A stretch of DNA of 64,000 bases from Eledone cirrhosa (taxonomy: Eukaryota): contig CAXHJY010000157.1 in assembly GCA_964016885.1 (NCBI GenBank), positions 62,001 to 126,000 on the forward strand, in the 5' to 3' direction. The position numbers and the translations under genes were made by a program. Position 1 is the first letter of the stretch; the number at the start of each line of letters is the position of its first letter. Below the pieces are notes generated by a model. That model worked only from the letters and a program-made list of their open reading frames with translations, ran no database searches and had not been told where the DNA came from. This document shows, in pieces, positions 13,743-28,052 of this stretch.

Positions 13743-13922
13743 GTCGAAAGTTAATTTTTTTTTATATAAGGAAACGAAGTTGAAAACGCAATTGGCGTCT
13801 GTAATTAGGTTTATATAAAAAAAACTTATAATTACACCGGTTTCACAAGTTTCATGATACTCAAATGTTAAGGGAGATGGAGAGATGAGTGGCTATGTCA
13901 CATCTGAGGTTAGAATTTCTCT
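13502..13922. repeat. Inverted repeat, about 175-bp arms around a (TA)n spacer
   Basis: 13502-13677 is the near-perfect reverse complement of 13746-13922. Confidence 0.9.
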
Positions 13923-14434
13923 TAGGGAATTTCTTTCAGTTTTATGCAAAAAGGTTGCTCAAATTTATCTGTTTAAAGTATAATTTAGGATGATCGCGTG
14001 ATTAAGCACCGAATTTCGTGGTACTTTCACGCATAAAACGTAGTGCGATGGTTTAGTGAATATGAACAAGGAAAATTCATGTCTGTTATTTGTGTGTTCA
14101 ATAGTCAATGGAATTTGATATTGTCTTTGTGACAATCCCCCAAATCTATAAGTACAGGAATTTTTTTAATGTATGTGTGTGTGTGTGTGTGCGTGTGTGT
14201 GTGTGTCTGTTTGTCTGTGCGTGTGTGTGTGCCCCAGCATAGCCTCAGCCGGATGGCTAGAGCAGGTAAAGGAGTAAAAGAGTATATATACATATATATA
14301 TATATATGCACACACACGTGCGCGCGCACACACACACACACACACACACATAAAATAGTGTTGAAAATTGGTGAACAAATGCCATGAGTGAGATGACAGT
14401 GAATAATAAGGTAAAGGACCAGTGCAGACACGTA

Positions 14435-14645
14435 GTATAGAAATGGCTTTTACAGTGCTAGAACTGTTTTATTCGAAGTAAATCATCTACTATGTATTGA
14501 GTACCTTGCTTGCTGAGGTCACACACGATTGAACCTGGGATACATGTGAACACATACCTGAGGAGCTTCCGATTCCAGAGTCAGGATCGATCACTAATCG
14601 ATCGTTCCTCGAGCTGACCGACAGTGAAACATATGTAATATGTAA
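14435..14645 (+). mobile_element. Small HHR element: degenerate inverted HHR, GTATTGAGTACC module, then HHR with long stem II (14552-14643)
   Basis: ACATAC-CTGAGGA..GAAA-CATATG-TA/ATATGT; module shared with 50466, 50628, 62490. Confidence 0.55.
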
Positions 14646-14738
14646 TTATATATGTTTGATACAACACTGTTTTTTTGTTCCCATATATATTATTAGTATT
14701 TTATATCTATATATAGAAAGAGAGAGAGAGAAAGCGAG

Positions 14739-14771
<33 letters not shown>

Positions 14772-14902
14772 GATGTATATATATATGGACAACTCTTTAC
14801 TTAACACAGAAGTATGCATTATAAATTCCAGCAAATCATATTAGTAAAAGAAACTATTCTTCACATATGATTTGTTTCACATATATTATATGTTTCCACA
14901 TA

Positions 14903-15094
14903 GGGGCGGTGGATTGGCAGTATCGGTAGAGGGTCGGACGCCATGCTTTCCAGCATAGTTACGTCCCTTTACGATCTGAGTTCAAATCCCGCCGAGGTTG
15001 ACTTTGCCTTTCATCCTTACGAGGTTGATAAAATAAAGTACCAGTAATGCACTGGGTAATTGCTGGCCTTGTGCCTATAGTAGAAACAATTATT
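14903..15094 (+). mobile_element. tRNA-derived SINE, family 1
   Basis: Same head, B box, core and tail as other copies. Confidence 0.85.
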
Positions 15095-15620
15095 TGTTTC
15101 ACATATTTGATATTGTAATACATAATTCAATACGTTTCTCCTCAGCGTGTAGATAAATGTGGAAGATTTATAAAAGGATTGCTGATTAGATTCAGTGCAG
15201 GCGATTAATTAAATCATATACAATAGCTTACATTAATATAAAATAGTAATTTCCTTTACCAAATACAAAACGACTGCAGACACGTCACCACAGCGGGGTA
15301 TCTAACTGAATGACGTGTGTCGACAGAACTAAGTAGTAATGTAAAATATATTTGTCTGGTATTATCCATATACCACTTCATCTAAACAAACGGCAATGTA
15401 TATGTACATTATTAAATTACACCACATTTTCTTCGGTTACTTGTGCACATGATGCCGTTCATATTTTATACTGGATGTAGATAATATTTGATATTACATA
15501 TCGATATTATAAGTACTAGAAGACAGAGGCACTTTATTTTCTTTCTAAAGTAATACGACTGTTACATATGCTTAATATCATATAAGCGTGCGTGTGTGTG
15601 TATATATAACATCACATATG

Positions 15621-15690
<70 letters not shown>

Positions 15691-16365
15691 TATATATATA
15701 TATATATATAATGAGAATGAACGAAGATGAAATCCACTTCATGTGCATCTGTTATTTAGGCATTATTTTCTTTTTAATCTCCACGTTATTGTCATTATCG
15801 TTATTATTATTATTATTATCATCATCATCATCATTATTATTACTAATGTTGTTGTTATCATTTATCTATTTCCCTTCTGTTCATGGGCATTATGGTAGAT
15901 TTTCTGCCTACGTATCTTTTCAGATACATTAACCAATTTAAGATGTCTAAGAACTATTCAATTTTAGTATTCACTTGGAAAATCAATATTTCAAATCTGA
16001 AAACGCTTGAACCAATCTGTCGCTTTTCTTTTCTTTTTTAGTATTAATATATTCTCCACTATATATTTTTATATGGGAGTAAAACATAGATTCCAAATGC
16101 GTCGTCCCGGTTTCATTTAATTAGCTTTACATTCGGCCGTAAACGTCACTGAGTTAAGGGGTAAACTAATAAAATCTAATGCAAAGAGTGTAAAGTTTGG
16201 TTATTTTCCGTTATGTATCAGCGAGTTTGTCTTAGTTAGAATATCCTACTGCTACTTGTCATGCACCAAACTGAGTCCCCTTGGTTTCCAAATAACTTTG
16301 GTATTTTCATGAAATCGAAAAGTGAATAAAACACACACAGACACAGATATTTATACAGATAAGTG

Positions 16366-17065
<700 letters not shown>

Positions 17066-17384
17066 TATAACTGCTCTGTAGAACAAATGATGTTATTACA
17101 TTGAGCTATTTATCTTACTGGTAATAAGGTAATAATAAATTACTGTCTTTCACTGTTTAGAGTTTAAAATATATATAAAATATATATAACTATAAAAAGG
17201 TTTTATTATATACATAACCATAAATAGTATCGTTAATACTATATATATATATATATATATACGGGATAACAAGTTATCGTTTTAGGTAATCCAGTTAGAG
17301 GTTGTGAGTACTCTGCACTATGGATAGTTTTTGTACAGCCAACCATGTTATTCTTCACTCTTTCACTACTATATATATATATAT

Positions 17385-17525
17385 AGTGGTAGAACACTGG
17401 AAGGTAATATCCGTAGTGGTAGAGTACTCAGTGCATGGGACGAATTAGGTAGAAGTGGTTACACAACAGTTAGTTCATCATACCGAGAACAATTGTTTCA
17501 CCTTAGCGGATCCTCAGCTGAGGAT
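17385..17525 (-). mobile_element. Small HHR element (HHR 17483-17519), same family as 62125-62277
   Basis: CTGAGGA-TCC GCTAA GGT-GAAA-CAATTG-TT/CTCGG; ends in 16-bp palindrome ATCCTCAGCTGAGGAT. Confidence 0.7.
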
Positions 17526-17559
17526 AAGTATATTTCATTTTAATCAAAGAGTTCCTCTC

Positions 17560-18052
17560 AGGCCGAAATCCCCGCTTGCTCCGGCTGAAAAATTTTTCCT
17601 TTCGATTTATATGAAATTTAAACCATAGGTAAATGACAAGATATGATGCCTATTCACAAAATTTCAGCAAATAATATTCACAAAATTTCAGCAAAGAATA
17701 TGAAGACGCCCTAATGGGAGTTAAACTCCCTACAGTGAACATTCTGGAAGCCCATAACTAAGTATTGGAACCTCTATTATCATGGGGTTTTTCTATTAAT
17801 TAAACGTAAATCAACAAAAAAAAAGCACCTCTCTTTTATAGTAAAATTTGCGTAATTTAGACATTTTATCTATGGAAAACATCTCTAGAATTATGACAAC
17901 AAAAATTATTAGTTAATGCCTCCACCTTTTTAACATTTTCCATTTTCCCCTTATTTTTTCTCAATAAATTATATCACCGATTTAAAATCAATCATCATTT
18001 TCTTAGGAAAACAATGTGTGAAACGCAGCAAGGCGCGAGTAATTAGGCTAGT
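17560..18052 (+). mobile_element. Helitron-like 3' fragment
   Basis: Terminal CGCAGCAAGGCGCG hairpin followed by CTAG-T, as at 6911-6939. Confidence 0.45.
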
Positions 18053-18053
18053 G

Positions 18054-18085
<32 letters not shown>

Positions 18086-18438
18086 CAAAATTTAGTACAG
18101 TATCAACGAAGCCATGGTTGCAGCCAAGCTAACGAATGCAGTTTCGGTGTGCAGCAAAACACTCGGATAGGGTATATAACCCTAGAGTCATAACATTACG
18201 TTTAGACAGCTTTGCAAAATGAATACAGCGACCGATAGAAGGGCCACAGTGACCATAGCCACGAAAAAGACTGAACTCAGGAAAAATTTGACTAACCTGG
18301 ACCGTTTATATATATATATATTTATTAAAATAACATATTAAAGTTTAATAAATATTTGCTCTACGGTTCTTATATATTTGATATATATTTATCCTTATCG
18401 AGCCCTCTATGGATTTTAGTCTTCAAATTTATTATTAT

Positions 18439-18511
<73 letters not shown>

Positions 18512-19784
18512 GTTCACATCCGTCGATCTTTTACTACATAACCACACACACACACACACATATATATATACACATACACATACATACATATATATATATG
18601 TGTGTGTCTGTGTGTATCTGTCTGCCTGTGTGTGTGTGTGCGTGTAATATTATGTGTGTATTGTGAACACAGAGATAAATTTCATGAATTTCCTTACAAT
18701 TATATTTCTATTACATTTGCTATACACGTGATAATCCAACTTTATTTTCAGAACTTAAAGATATCACATTTAGTGCTATTACTTTCAAGTTACCATTTCC
18801 CATTCTCTGCTATGTTCTTTAATATCCTTCGGGATAAATTATTAATTTATAACGTCAATGAACCTATTAGTATTTAATGGGACTGATAATCTTTTATCAC
18901 ATATTATCAGCATCTCAGTACCAATATAGATCTAACTTTGAACTAGGTGTATGTGAATAAAAGGCGCCTGTGTCTAGGTAATTGAGTATACCGCAACATC
19001 TTTAGTTTACGCGGACAAATAGGTGAAGCAGCTCTTCTCATCACAACAGCTTGTCCTTAATATGTACACTGTTATGCCTCTGGAGATAATTTGTGCATCT
19101 AATATTTATCATGCTAATATCCAGGACTTACTTATAACTAATGCAAAATAAGTAGTGCCTGAGGAAACTAGTAACATTGTGCAGTTATTGATGAATAAAT
19201 CATATTTTAACAAAGGGAAACTACTGAAAGATTATCGTGAAAATGCAGAGTTGTTATAATTGCTTAATCAGCCATATTGTCGCATTTATTGTCCATTGTA
19301 TGCTATAATGCAAACGATTGAAAGATTTTTCCGGATATTGAGAAGCATTTAAGTAGTTTAATTTTATAAATAGTCAGTTCTATTATTATTCACTGACGTA
19401 AAAAAGACTCGGTTTCTGCGGGAGAGAGTATTATGGACATAATTACTGCACTACTGTGCAGTACATGCATATAACGAATGCCATGTAATGTCCGTGAAAA
19501 CTAGTGATAGTGTGTGCCGACAGGAAATTATTGATGATATTTAAACACTAATAATATGTCCCTCTGTTCGTTAAAAGTTACCTGATATCTTAACATTAAC
19601 ATATGGAATTATCTTATTTTATTATGGCAGAATCAGTTGAGGGTCGGACAAATTATTTTATGGCATTTAAAACATTTCTTTACGTTCGAATCGTTGAGCA
19701 TTGGATAGAACGCTCTTTAATATTCGTTTTGTTTCTTTGCAGTCTAGGTTAACTTTGCCATATTTCTTTTTCATACACACACAC

Positions 19785-19875
<91 letters not shown>

Positions 19876-20591
19876 TCTGGGTGAATTCAGTTGTGTTCAA
19901 GCCTGGAGAGGAATGTACTCCGCCAGACTTTAAAAGCCCCATTATACATTGAACGTTCCGATAGCAACAGTAAGGATTCCATCAAAATTTTAAGATCCAA
20001 GAAAAAAGACTTGGAGATGGAAGTATCTTGATCCAGCTATTAATACTAAACAACTTTAGCCCCTAAAAAGCTCTAAGTTATGTATTATTTTACATACCTT
20101 TGATACATACCTACCTATACATTATGCTGGCTAATTTATATAAGATTAATAAATTATGCATTTTGTCTACACGACTTAGAGCTATTTACCAAATTATTTT
20201 CTAAATGATCATTTTTTCTAATTTCATAATTATTGTTTATTTCTTATGTGTATTAGAATCTTTATATACTTTTCATGCTGGTAATTACACATATTTCAAA
20301 GAAACTAAATGTTATTTGAGCCTCAAGGACCTTTTAAAAATATTTACTATTTGTAAAAATAATTTTAGTTTCTTTCTGATTAAATTTTGGAGACTGGTGT
20401 ATTTTAATTTGTCTTCAATTAATATACATTAATTGTAAACATGTTTAAGGATTATTATTCTTTGTACAGACGTGAATCACATGAATAATTTTCCCTCTTT
20501 TTTTTTTAAATAAATGACTAATCCTGTAAATACCATTAGTAGTGATTTCTCATTATCATCAAAATTGTTTCTACTTTTTGGCACAATTTTA

Positions 20592-21656
20592 TAAGTAGAC
20601 TAAAATCCAAAGAGGGCTCGATAAGGATAAATATAAATCAAATATAAAAGAACCATAGAGAAAATATTTATTAAAATACCAGATTAAAGTTTAAACAAAT
20701 AATCGCTGCTTTCATCCTTAACGGGATCTTCTGAAACTAAAAAAATCAATCTGTGAATGCAGAAGTAAATATTTCGTAGGAACACGTGCAACCCTGTAAC
20801 TAGTACTAACTGTAATTGTAGGAATCGGGTTCACTGCCCCCAATCCGGGAAATGCCTCTCTAGTAACATTGTCTACAAATGTAAGGTTGAAACACCCACG
20901 TCCCGTAGGGCCTACATAGGGTTAACCGCCAATAGATTCAAGCAGCGTCTTTACATGCATACCCATTCTTTTCTTAACCCTTTAAGAAGGAATATGTCGT
21001 CACTTTCAGCTTATATCTGGAGTCTAAAAGACAACCACACACAATATAAGTTACACTGGGAGATCCTAGCTAGGGCTAGATCGTATAACGTAAATAAAAG
21101 ACCACGTGACCTCTGCGCCGCTGATCCCTGGAAATACTCTACGCCAAAGACCACATCTTAAACAAAAATCTGAGGCAATTGCGGCTTGTAAACATAGATT
21201 GCACAAAACTTTCCTGTATTACAACCCCACATTATACCCTAACGGATAGTACGATCTATACGCGGATATTTTACGTCTCGATGCGGTAGCTAAGTATATG
21301 TTATGTTTATACCATTACTTATTTGTATAGGTAAATATATATTACCTGTATGTTTTGTGAAGGTACGTATACTTTCTCGTACCTATATTTGCTTGTATAT
21401 GTTATAGGCGTATATATTATATTATATTATATATACCGGTACATGTGCATATGGTTGTGTGTATACTTGAGTTTGCGTCTGTGTGAGTATGCGGTTTCGT
21501 ACGTATGTAGGGTGTATGTATATGTGTACTTTGTGTTTTGGTTGACGTACGTCTGCGAACATATGTGTATTTACATGTAGGTATGTGTGTGCGCACGTTA
21601 TATACGTATTTATGTGTGTATATTTATATATGTTTATATAATTATATGTATACACG

Positions 21657-21687
<31 letters not shown>

Positions 21688-22218
21688 TTTTAGATATATA
21701 TTTATGTGTATTTGGTGTATACGTTCGTATGTGTGCGGGTACGGGCGTTGCGTGGGTTCTTTATGTGCGTGCGTGTTTTTTTGTGTACGTGCTTGTATTT
21801 GCATACTCAATGCGGGTGTTTTCGCGTATGCATGTGTATGTACGTATATGGATGCGTGCATGTATATATTTAATTTCAATTACCTCTGTAGTTTATTTAC
21901 ATTATTCTTAACTCTGAAGCCGAGAAGCATTAGGTTTCCTAAATAGAATTTTAGTCTACGACTTCAGTTATACAATAAACGTCGTTTTGTTTTCGCGTGT
22001 AATTGTTCTCACATCCACATAATGACGTATTATCTTCGTTTTTTTCCGTTCATTGCCAGGGAACGTCTCCACAAACCAAAGTATCGTCTTCCTGTCTTCC
22101 TTCGGTTGCAACGTTTTTCGAAATATTTACTTCTGCGTTCAGAGATTGATTTTTTTAGTTTCAGAAGATCCCGTTGAGGGTGAAAGCAACGATTCTTTGC
22201 TTAAATTTTAATCTGTTA

Positions 22219-22225
<7 letters not shown>
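20592..22225 (+). mobile_element. 5'-truncated PLE: inverted pLTR piece, GIY-YIG C-terminus, 3' UTR, pLTR with HHR
   Basis: About 20780-21240 reads CNCRNRVHCPNPGKCLSSNIVYKC..AYIGLTANRFKQRLYMHTHSF..LSAYIWSLK..WEIL; 20665-20776 inverts 22120-22225; HHR-like motifs at 20688-20738 (-) and 22157-22207 (+). Confidence 0.85.
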
Positions 22226-22305
<80 letters not shown>

Positions 22306-22734
22306 GGTATGCTTTTGCTCTGAAAAATATATTTTACTTTTTGGTAGGAATCACTTAAACTGATTTCACATGGGAGTAAAATATGATATAAGAACTCTGC
22401 TATCAAGATAAGTGTGAACATTTAGAGAAGGTTACTCAAGTCTCATGCAATTTTAAATGTTCCAAGCCTTTATATATAATTGATCATTCTTCGACACTTC
22501 TAGTTCATGACATTTATAATCAACATTAGCTTTAAAACAATATAATTCATTTTTCCATTTGAGTTATACCTGAAGGGCTTCTACAACATCAATGACAAAG
22601 TCTTTGATCTGTCGTATTCTATCCACTCAATAATGATGCCATATAAAATTACTAAAACACTACAAGACATCGTGTTAAGATGAAACATCTTACGCAACCG
22701 TGTCTAAATTTGTTATCATCTTTGCACAAATGCA

Positions 22735-22960
22735 TCTTTGATCAAGGTGCAAGACGTTGATTTTACTCCTTGAGAGGTCACCTCATAAGCACAAGGCCTT
22801 CAGTTTCCCATGCATACCAGTCCCCCTCTCCATACCACCGATTTTGTTGTAACTCATTTCCGCAGCTGCATGACTGGCAACGTGAAATGAAGTCTCTTGC
22901 TGAAGAACACATGACATCATAAACGTGAATGCAATACTCTAACCACTACCTATACGCCTT
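22735..22960 (-). mobile_element. Degenerate tRNA-derived SINE, another family
   Basis: Minus strand begins AGGCGTATAGGTAGTGGTTAGAG (A box) and contains GTGTTCTTCAGCAAGAGACTTCATTTCAC. Confidence 0.5.
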
Positions 22961-24599
22961 TACATTACATCATTAGTAGGATTGATTGATTTTTCCATAA
23001 TTCGCTTTCTTTAATGTTTCTACATATGCTGACCAAATATTATCGAATCAGTAGATGAATTACAACGTCAAACATTATTTTATCAAAAATTAATCAGATG
23101 CCAGGAGAGTAGACCTCTTGTCTATCGAAGGTAAATTTACCAGCTAATATTCTGTATCTTCTCAGATATACAGTGTGTCTGGGGAATTAGGTAAAACCTG
23201 GGGAACTCCATTCCCTCTAGAGGGCCTGATATAGGGCTGGACACAAATAATTCCATCCAGAGAAAAGAGAGAGTGAGAGAGAGAGATAGGAATAAAGTGG
23301 ATGTAAGAAGGAGATATAGAGGAAGAATTGACCACAGGGTTGGACTTGTACTTTTTCATAGACTTCTAAAAGATGAAAGTCAAAATGATGTCAGTGGGAT
23401 TTGAAATGAAAGCGCGGAAAGCCGGAACAAATATCGAGTTCATATACTAAATTATCTCATTCATATACTAAATTGCTGCTTAAAAGATATTATCATATTC
23501 TAAGTAGATTTCAATAGGCGAGTTTGGTTTTATTCATCGTGAAGTGTGGAAAATCTAAACACTTCGTCTCAAGATATGCAACTAATTACAGCTTCTAAAC
23601 CATGCAATTAACAATCACCAAAATGATATTCAAAGCACGTTCAACAATTCAGCAAGCATTTACATGAGATATTAAGGGTCTCCAACCCAAGAAGCTCAGT
23701 AGAACGACTTTAGCTGATACAAAATCAATGTTGATCTGCTAGACAAATAACCGCATCCATTTTGGTCAGTGATTTCGCCTCTACCATTTCAATGTTCAGA
23801 GATTTGTAATAAATTTTCGATATTGATTCGTATCTGTTTGCTTTAGGTTTGAAAAGCAATTATACTTTATATATCGTAGAAGCCAAGAAGATAAAAATTA
23901 ACAATGAGAGATAAAATGATAAAATTGAAGAAATATATATACACACGTGTGAGTATGTATGTATGTATTATGTATGTATGTATGTATGTATGTATGTATA
24001 TATATATGTATGTATTTAAGTATGTATGTATGTATGTATGTATGTATGTATGTATGTATGTATGTATGTATGTATGTATGTACGTATGTATGCGTGTATG
24101 TGAAAGATGTCTGAAGCTTGGTAATTTATCAAAAGTAGTTTTTATATATACATAATATAAGAGGACATTATATAGTTATCTAAAACATCTATAAAATGTA
24201 TAAACATTTCGTAAATATTTAGCTTTTGATAATCTCTCACAAGCCATTCTAATTACGAGTTGTATAGCAAGTGGCAAAAAAAGAACATTCTATGAAGGAA
24301 GAAAACAAAATATTGGATGTAGCATTATTAGCAAAATTTAAAAGGTACTAAAAAATAGTTTCTATTTAGTATATAGTTGTATTAGATTACGCAAATATAT
24401 TAATAAGAAAATATAAAAGAATAAATGTTTGCATATATGTTTTTGAAACCATACGTATGTTTATGCATGCGTGTTTATGTTTAAATATGATTATGTATAT
24501 TTATATATATATATATATGTGTGTGTGAGTGTGTGTGTGTGGTTTATATATATGTATGTACGTATATGTATGTGTGTATGTATTATGTATCTACGTATG

Positions 24600-24656
<57 letters not shown>

Positions 24657-25469
24657 TTATTTATATATATATATATATGTGTGTGTGTGTATGTACGTAT
24701 GTATGCATGTATGTATGTTATACACACATGTATATGTGTGTGTGTGTGTAGACAGTGAAAGAGAGAGAGAGAGAGAGAAATAATTAGCACTTTTGAAAAC
24801 AGCCTGCAGAGGAACAAATGGGTGTATACATAGAATTATTCTCGGAATTATTGCTAATGAAGACGTAATTACAAATAGACAAACACACACGTTGATTGTT
24901 CCTTCGCCCGTTTATACACACACATATGTGTGTGTGTGTGTTTATACGTATGTATATATAGGTATGTATATGCGTATATATATAAATATATATATACATA
25001 CGTGTTTGTGTGTGTGTTTGTATACACGTTCGTATTTGTGTGTGTATGTGCGTGAACACCTATATGTGTTTGTGTGTGTGTGTGTGTGGAAGAGAGACGG
25101 GAATGATACAATAATGGATGCGCACTAATTTGAGAACAAAATAGAAGGCAACAACCCAGTAAGTGGGATTTGGTCAACGTCTGTCACTCTCTGGCTCTTA
25201 AATGTTCCAAGTCTGAATATGACAGTCTGAAGAACTTGTAAGATAGAGTGAAAATCCAAATGCAAAAAGAAACCACCACGTTTGTTACACAGACAGGGCA
25301 CATTCAGCAAGGGAGTGGGTTGTGAAGCTACCTGGTCTTTCAAAAATATTTATAAAGATATGAACCTCAGATTACATCGGGATAACACTATATTTAATGC
25401 AGAATGGTGGGGATTTACGTCATCCATAAATTCAGCTAAGGAATTGCCCTGGAAAAATGGTTATCTATT

Positions 25470-25655
25470 TATAATTGTTTCTACTATTGACACAAGTCCA
25501 GCAATTATCGCAGTGCATTACTGGTACTTTATTTTATCGACCTCCTAAGGATGAAAGGCAAAGTTAACCACGGCGTGATTTGAACTCAGACCATAAAGGG
25601 GCGTAACTCGATGCTGGAAAGCATGGCGTCCGACCCTCTACCAATACTGCCAATC
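25470..25655 (-). mobile_element. tRNA-derived SINE, family 1
   Basis: Reverse complement of the family pattern. Confidence 0.85.
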
Positions 25656-25664
25656 GATCGGAAA

Positions 25665-26200
25665 ATAATAACTGATTTGGATACCGGACCACACAGATAT
25701 TAGAGGAAATAGGAAAGCAGACGAATTAACAAAAGAGGGAGCACAAAGGGAAATAATAGATATAGACTACATCCCAAATCTTCCGCAGGTAAAATCATTT
25801 AGCAAACAAATAATTAAGCAAATGAGGGAAACCTTTTAGGAACAATCCAGAGATAAGTTCACAAATTATAATCCCCCACTTTCTCAACCAGATTTGATAA
25901 CATTCAAAACTTATCTACCATTGAATAATGCAAATAAAAAGACTATGCTGGCTTCGAACTGGACCTTTGAAGTACATTCTATCAAGAACACGTCGTAGAG
26001 ATCCACCTCTATGTCCTTGGTGTGACTCTCGAGAAACTATTTGGCACCATTTGTTCCAATGAAGAAACTATCAGTCTGAGAGAGAGGCCATGCTGAAACC
26101 AATTTTTAAAAAACTACCAAGATTGGAAGTTCAATATAAGATTACAGGTCTACCAAATATAAACAGAATCTTTCAATACATGGAAGCTACGAAAAGATTT
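25665..26200 (+). pseudogene. 3' end of an RNase H-containing LINE (I-group-like)
   Basis: IWIPDHTDIRGNRKADELTKEGA (RNase H C-terminal motif) and PLCPWCDSRETIWHHLFQ* (CCHC knuckle). Confidence 0.7.
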
Positions 26201-26278
26201 AACAGAGAAATGTCTAGCAGTTTTACAGCTTCCCTTGTTTCCTTTTCTTTTCTTTTTCATAATCTGCCTCTCATTCGT

Positions 26279-26326
<48 letters not shown>

Positions 26327-26409
26327 GGAGGTGAGTTTTATTGTAGCACAATAAAGCAATGGAAATATCGGATAAGTAGCACTCTACAGTTTGTAGGACT
26401 GGAGTATAA

Positions 26410-26655
26410 ATAATATAAGATCGAAAGATGGTTAAAAGAGTTCCAAGTATTTTATTATACGCATTTCAAAAACAAATATCATCATGGGATGTTGATTTAA
26501 AACTTCACTGCTCACAAGTGTTTTTTAAGCTTCATATCATGTCTCCCTATTTTATCTGATGAGAAAGCAGATATCATCCCATGGTGATATTTGTTTTTGA
26601 AATGCGCATAATAAAATACTTGGAACTCTTTTAACCCTCTTTTGCTCTTATATTA
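26410..26655 (+). mobile_element. Fold-back mini-element with canonical HHR (26548-26618)
   Basis: TATTTTAT-CTGATGA-(about 16-bp stem II)-GAAA-TGCGCA-TA/ATAAAATA; 26410-26491 inverts 26575-26655; followed by (TA)n. Confidence 0.85.
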
Positions 26656-26700
26656 TATATATATTAAATATATATATATATAAAATATATATATATATAT

Positions 26701-26739
<39 letters not shown>

Positions 26740-26781
26740 TATATATATATATATTATATATATATTATATATATATATAAT

Positions 26782-26915
<134 letters not shown>

Positions 26916-26984
26916 AAAAAGAGATGAAATCGAAAATGCAACTGAAGTCTTATTTTCTTTTTAAATATATATATTTATTTGGTT

Positions 26985-27022
26985 CCTTTACCGGTTTCGC
27001 AGTTCTTCTGCTTTTCAAAAGG
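26985..27022 (-). ncRNA. HHR with compensatory U3-A8 core (second copy 30598-30634)
   Basis: CCTT-TTGAAAA-GCAG AAGAA CTGC-GAAA-CCGG-TA/AAGG. Confidence 0.8.
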
Positions 27023-27517
27023 TGAGTTGAGATGGAGGGTCTGTGGTTTTTCTCACATCTGGTTGGTCTCTAAATGTTACTTGTTTTATATGGAAAAAGT
27101 GGCTCGAAAGCCAGGTTTTTCGAGAAGTAATTTGATTGGTTTGTCAATAATTATAATAAATTTCGCGCCAGTTTAATAGTTCTTCAAATAAGAGGGGGGG
27201 GTTGTCACAGGTTGTTTTTTCATATATGAGTGTTTGAATTTCTTTTTACTTGAAACAAGGAGGCTCACGAAGGCTTTTTTTTGGTTGGTTATAAATGAAA
27301 TTTGGCTGTCACGTGAACAAGTTTTCATTACATTTTTGCGCCCTTATTTGGAAAACTATTCTGTAGTCTTTATAGTGAATGTTATGACAATAGAGAGATA
27401 GTGGTCAAGGGATTGGGAGAAATGTTCTGGTTCAGTGAATATGGCCAGCTGTCAGAGTTCAGGTGTCAGAGTTCAGATTTTCTATTGAGACTGAAGATAT
27501 GTGTTTATTTGTGTGCT

Positions 27518-27548
<31 letters not shown>

Positions 27549-27805
27549 ATGTGTGTATTGGAAGATGATTCTATTAGTAGAAATGGGGGAGGGAGTTGTG
27601 TGTGTGTGTATATGGGTGTTATGTGTGTGTGTGCGAGTATGTTAAGATGGAGAGAATATATATTTTGTGTGTGTGTATATATATATGTGTGTAGGAAAGT
27701 GGTTCTATTAGTAGAAATGGGGAGGGAGTTGTAGGTGTGGGGGTTGTTATGTGTGTGTATGGGTGTTATGTGTGTGGGAGTATGGTTAGCATGTTAAGAT
27801 GAAGA

Positions 27806-27844
<39 letters not shown>

Positions 27845-28052
27845 GTGTGTGTATGTGTGTGTGTAGGAAAGTGATTCCTTTAGTAGGAATATTTTTGAAT
27901 GAACATATTTTCCTGACTTTTTCGTGTTTGCTGTTGTATTGCCAGTGCAAACGTATGTTAAGGTTTATTTAGTTCGGGTTTTTATTTTCTAAAGTAGAAG
28001 GTGTTATGTGTGTGTGTGTGTATGTGATATTGTGGTGTTGACATAATGTATA

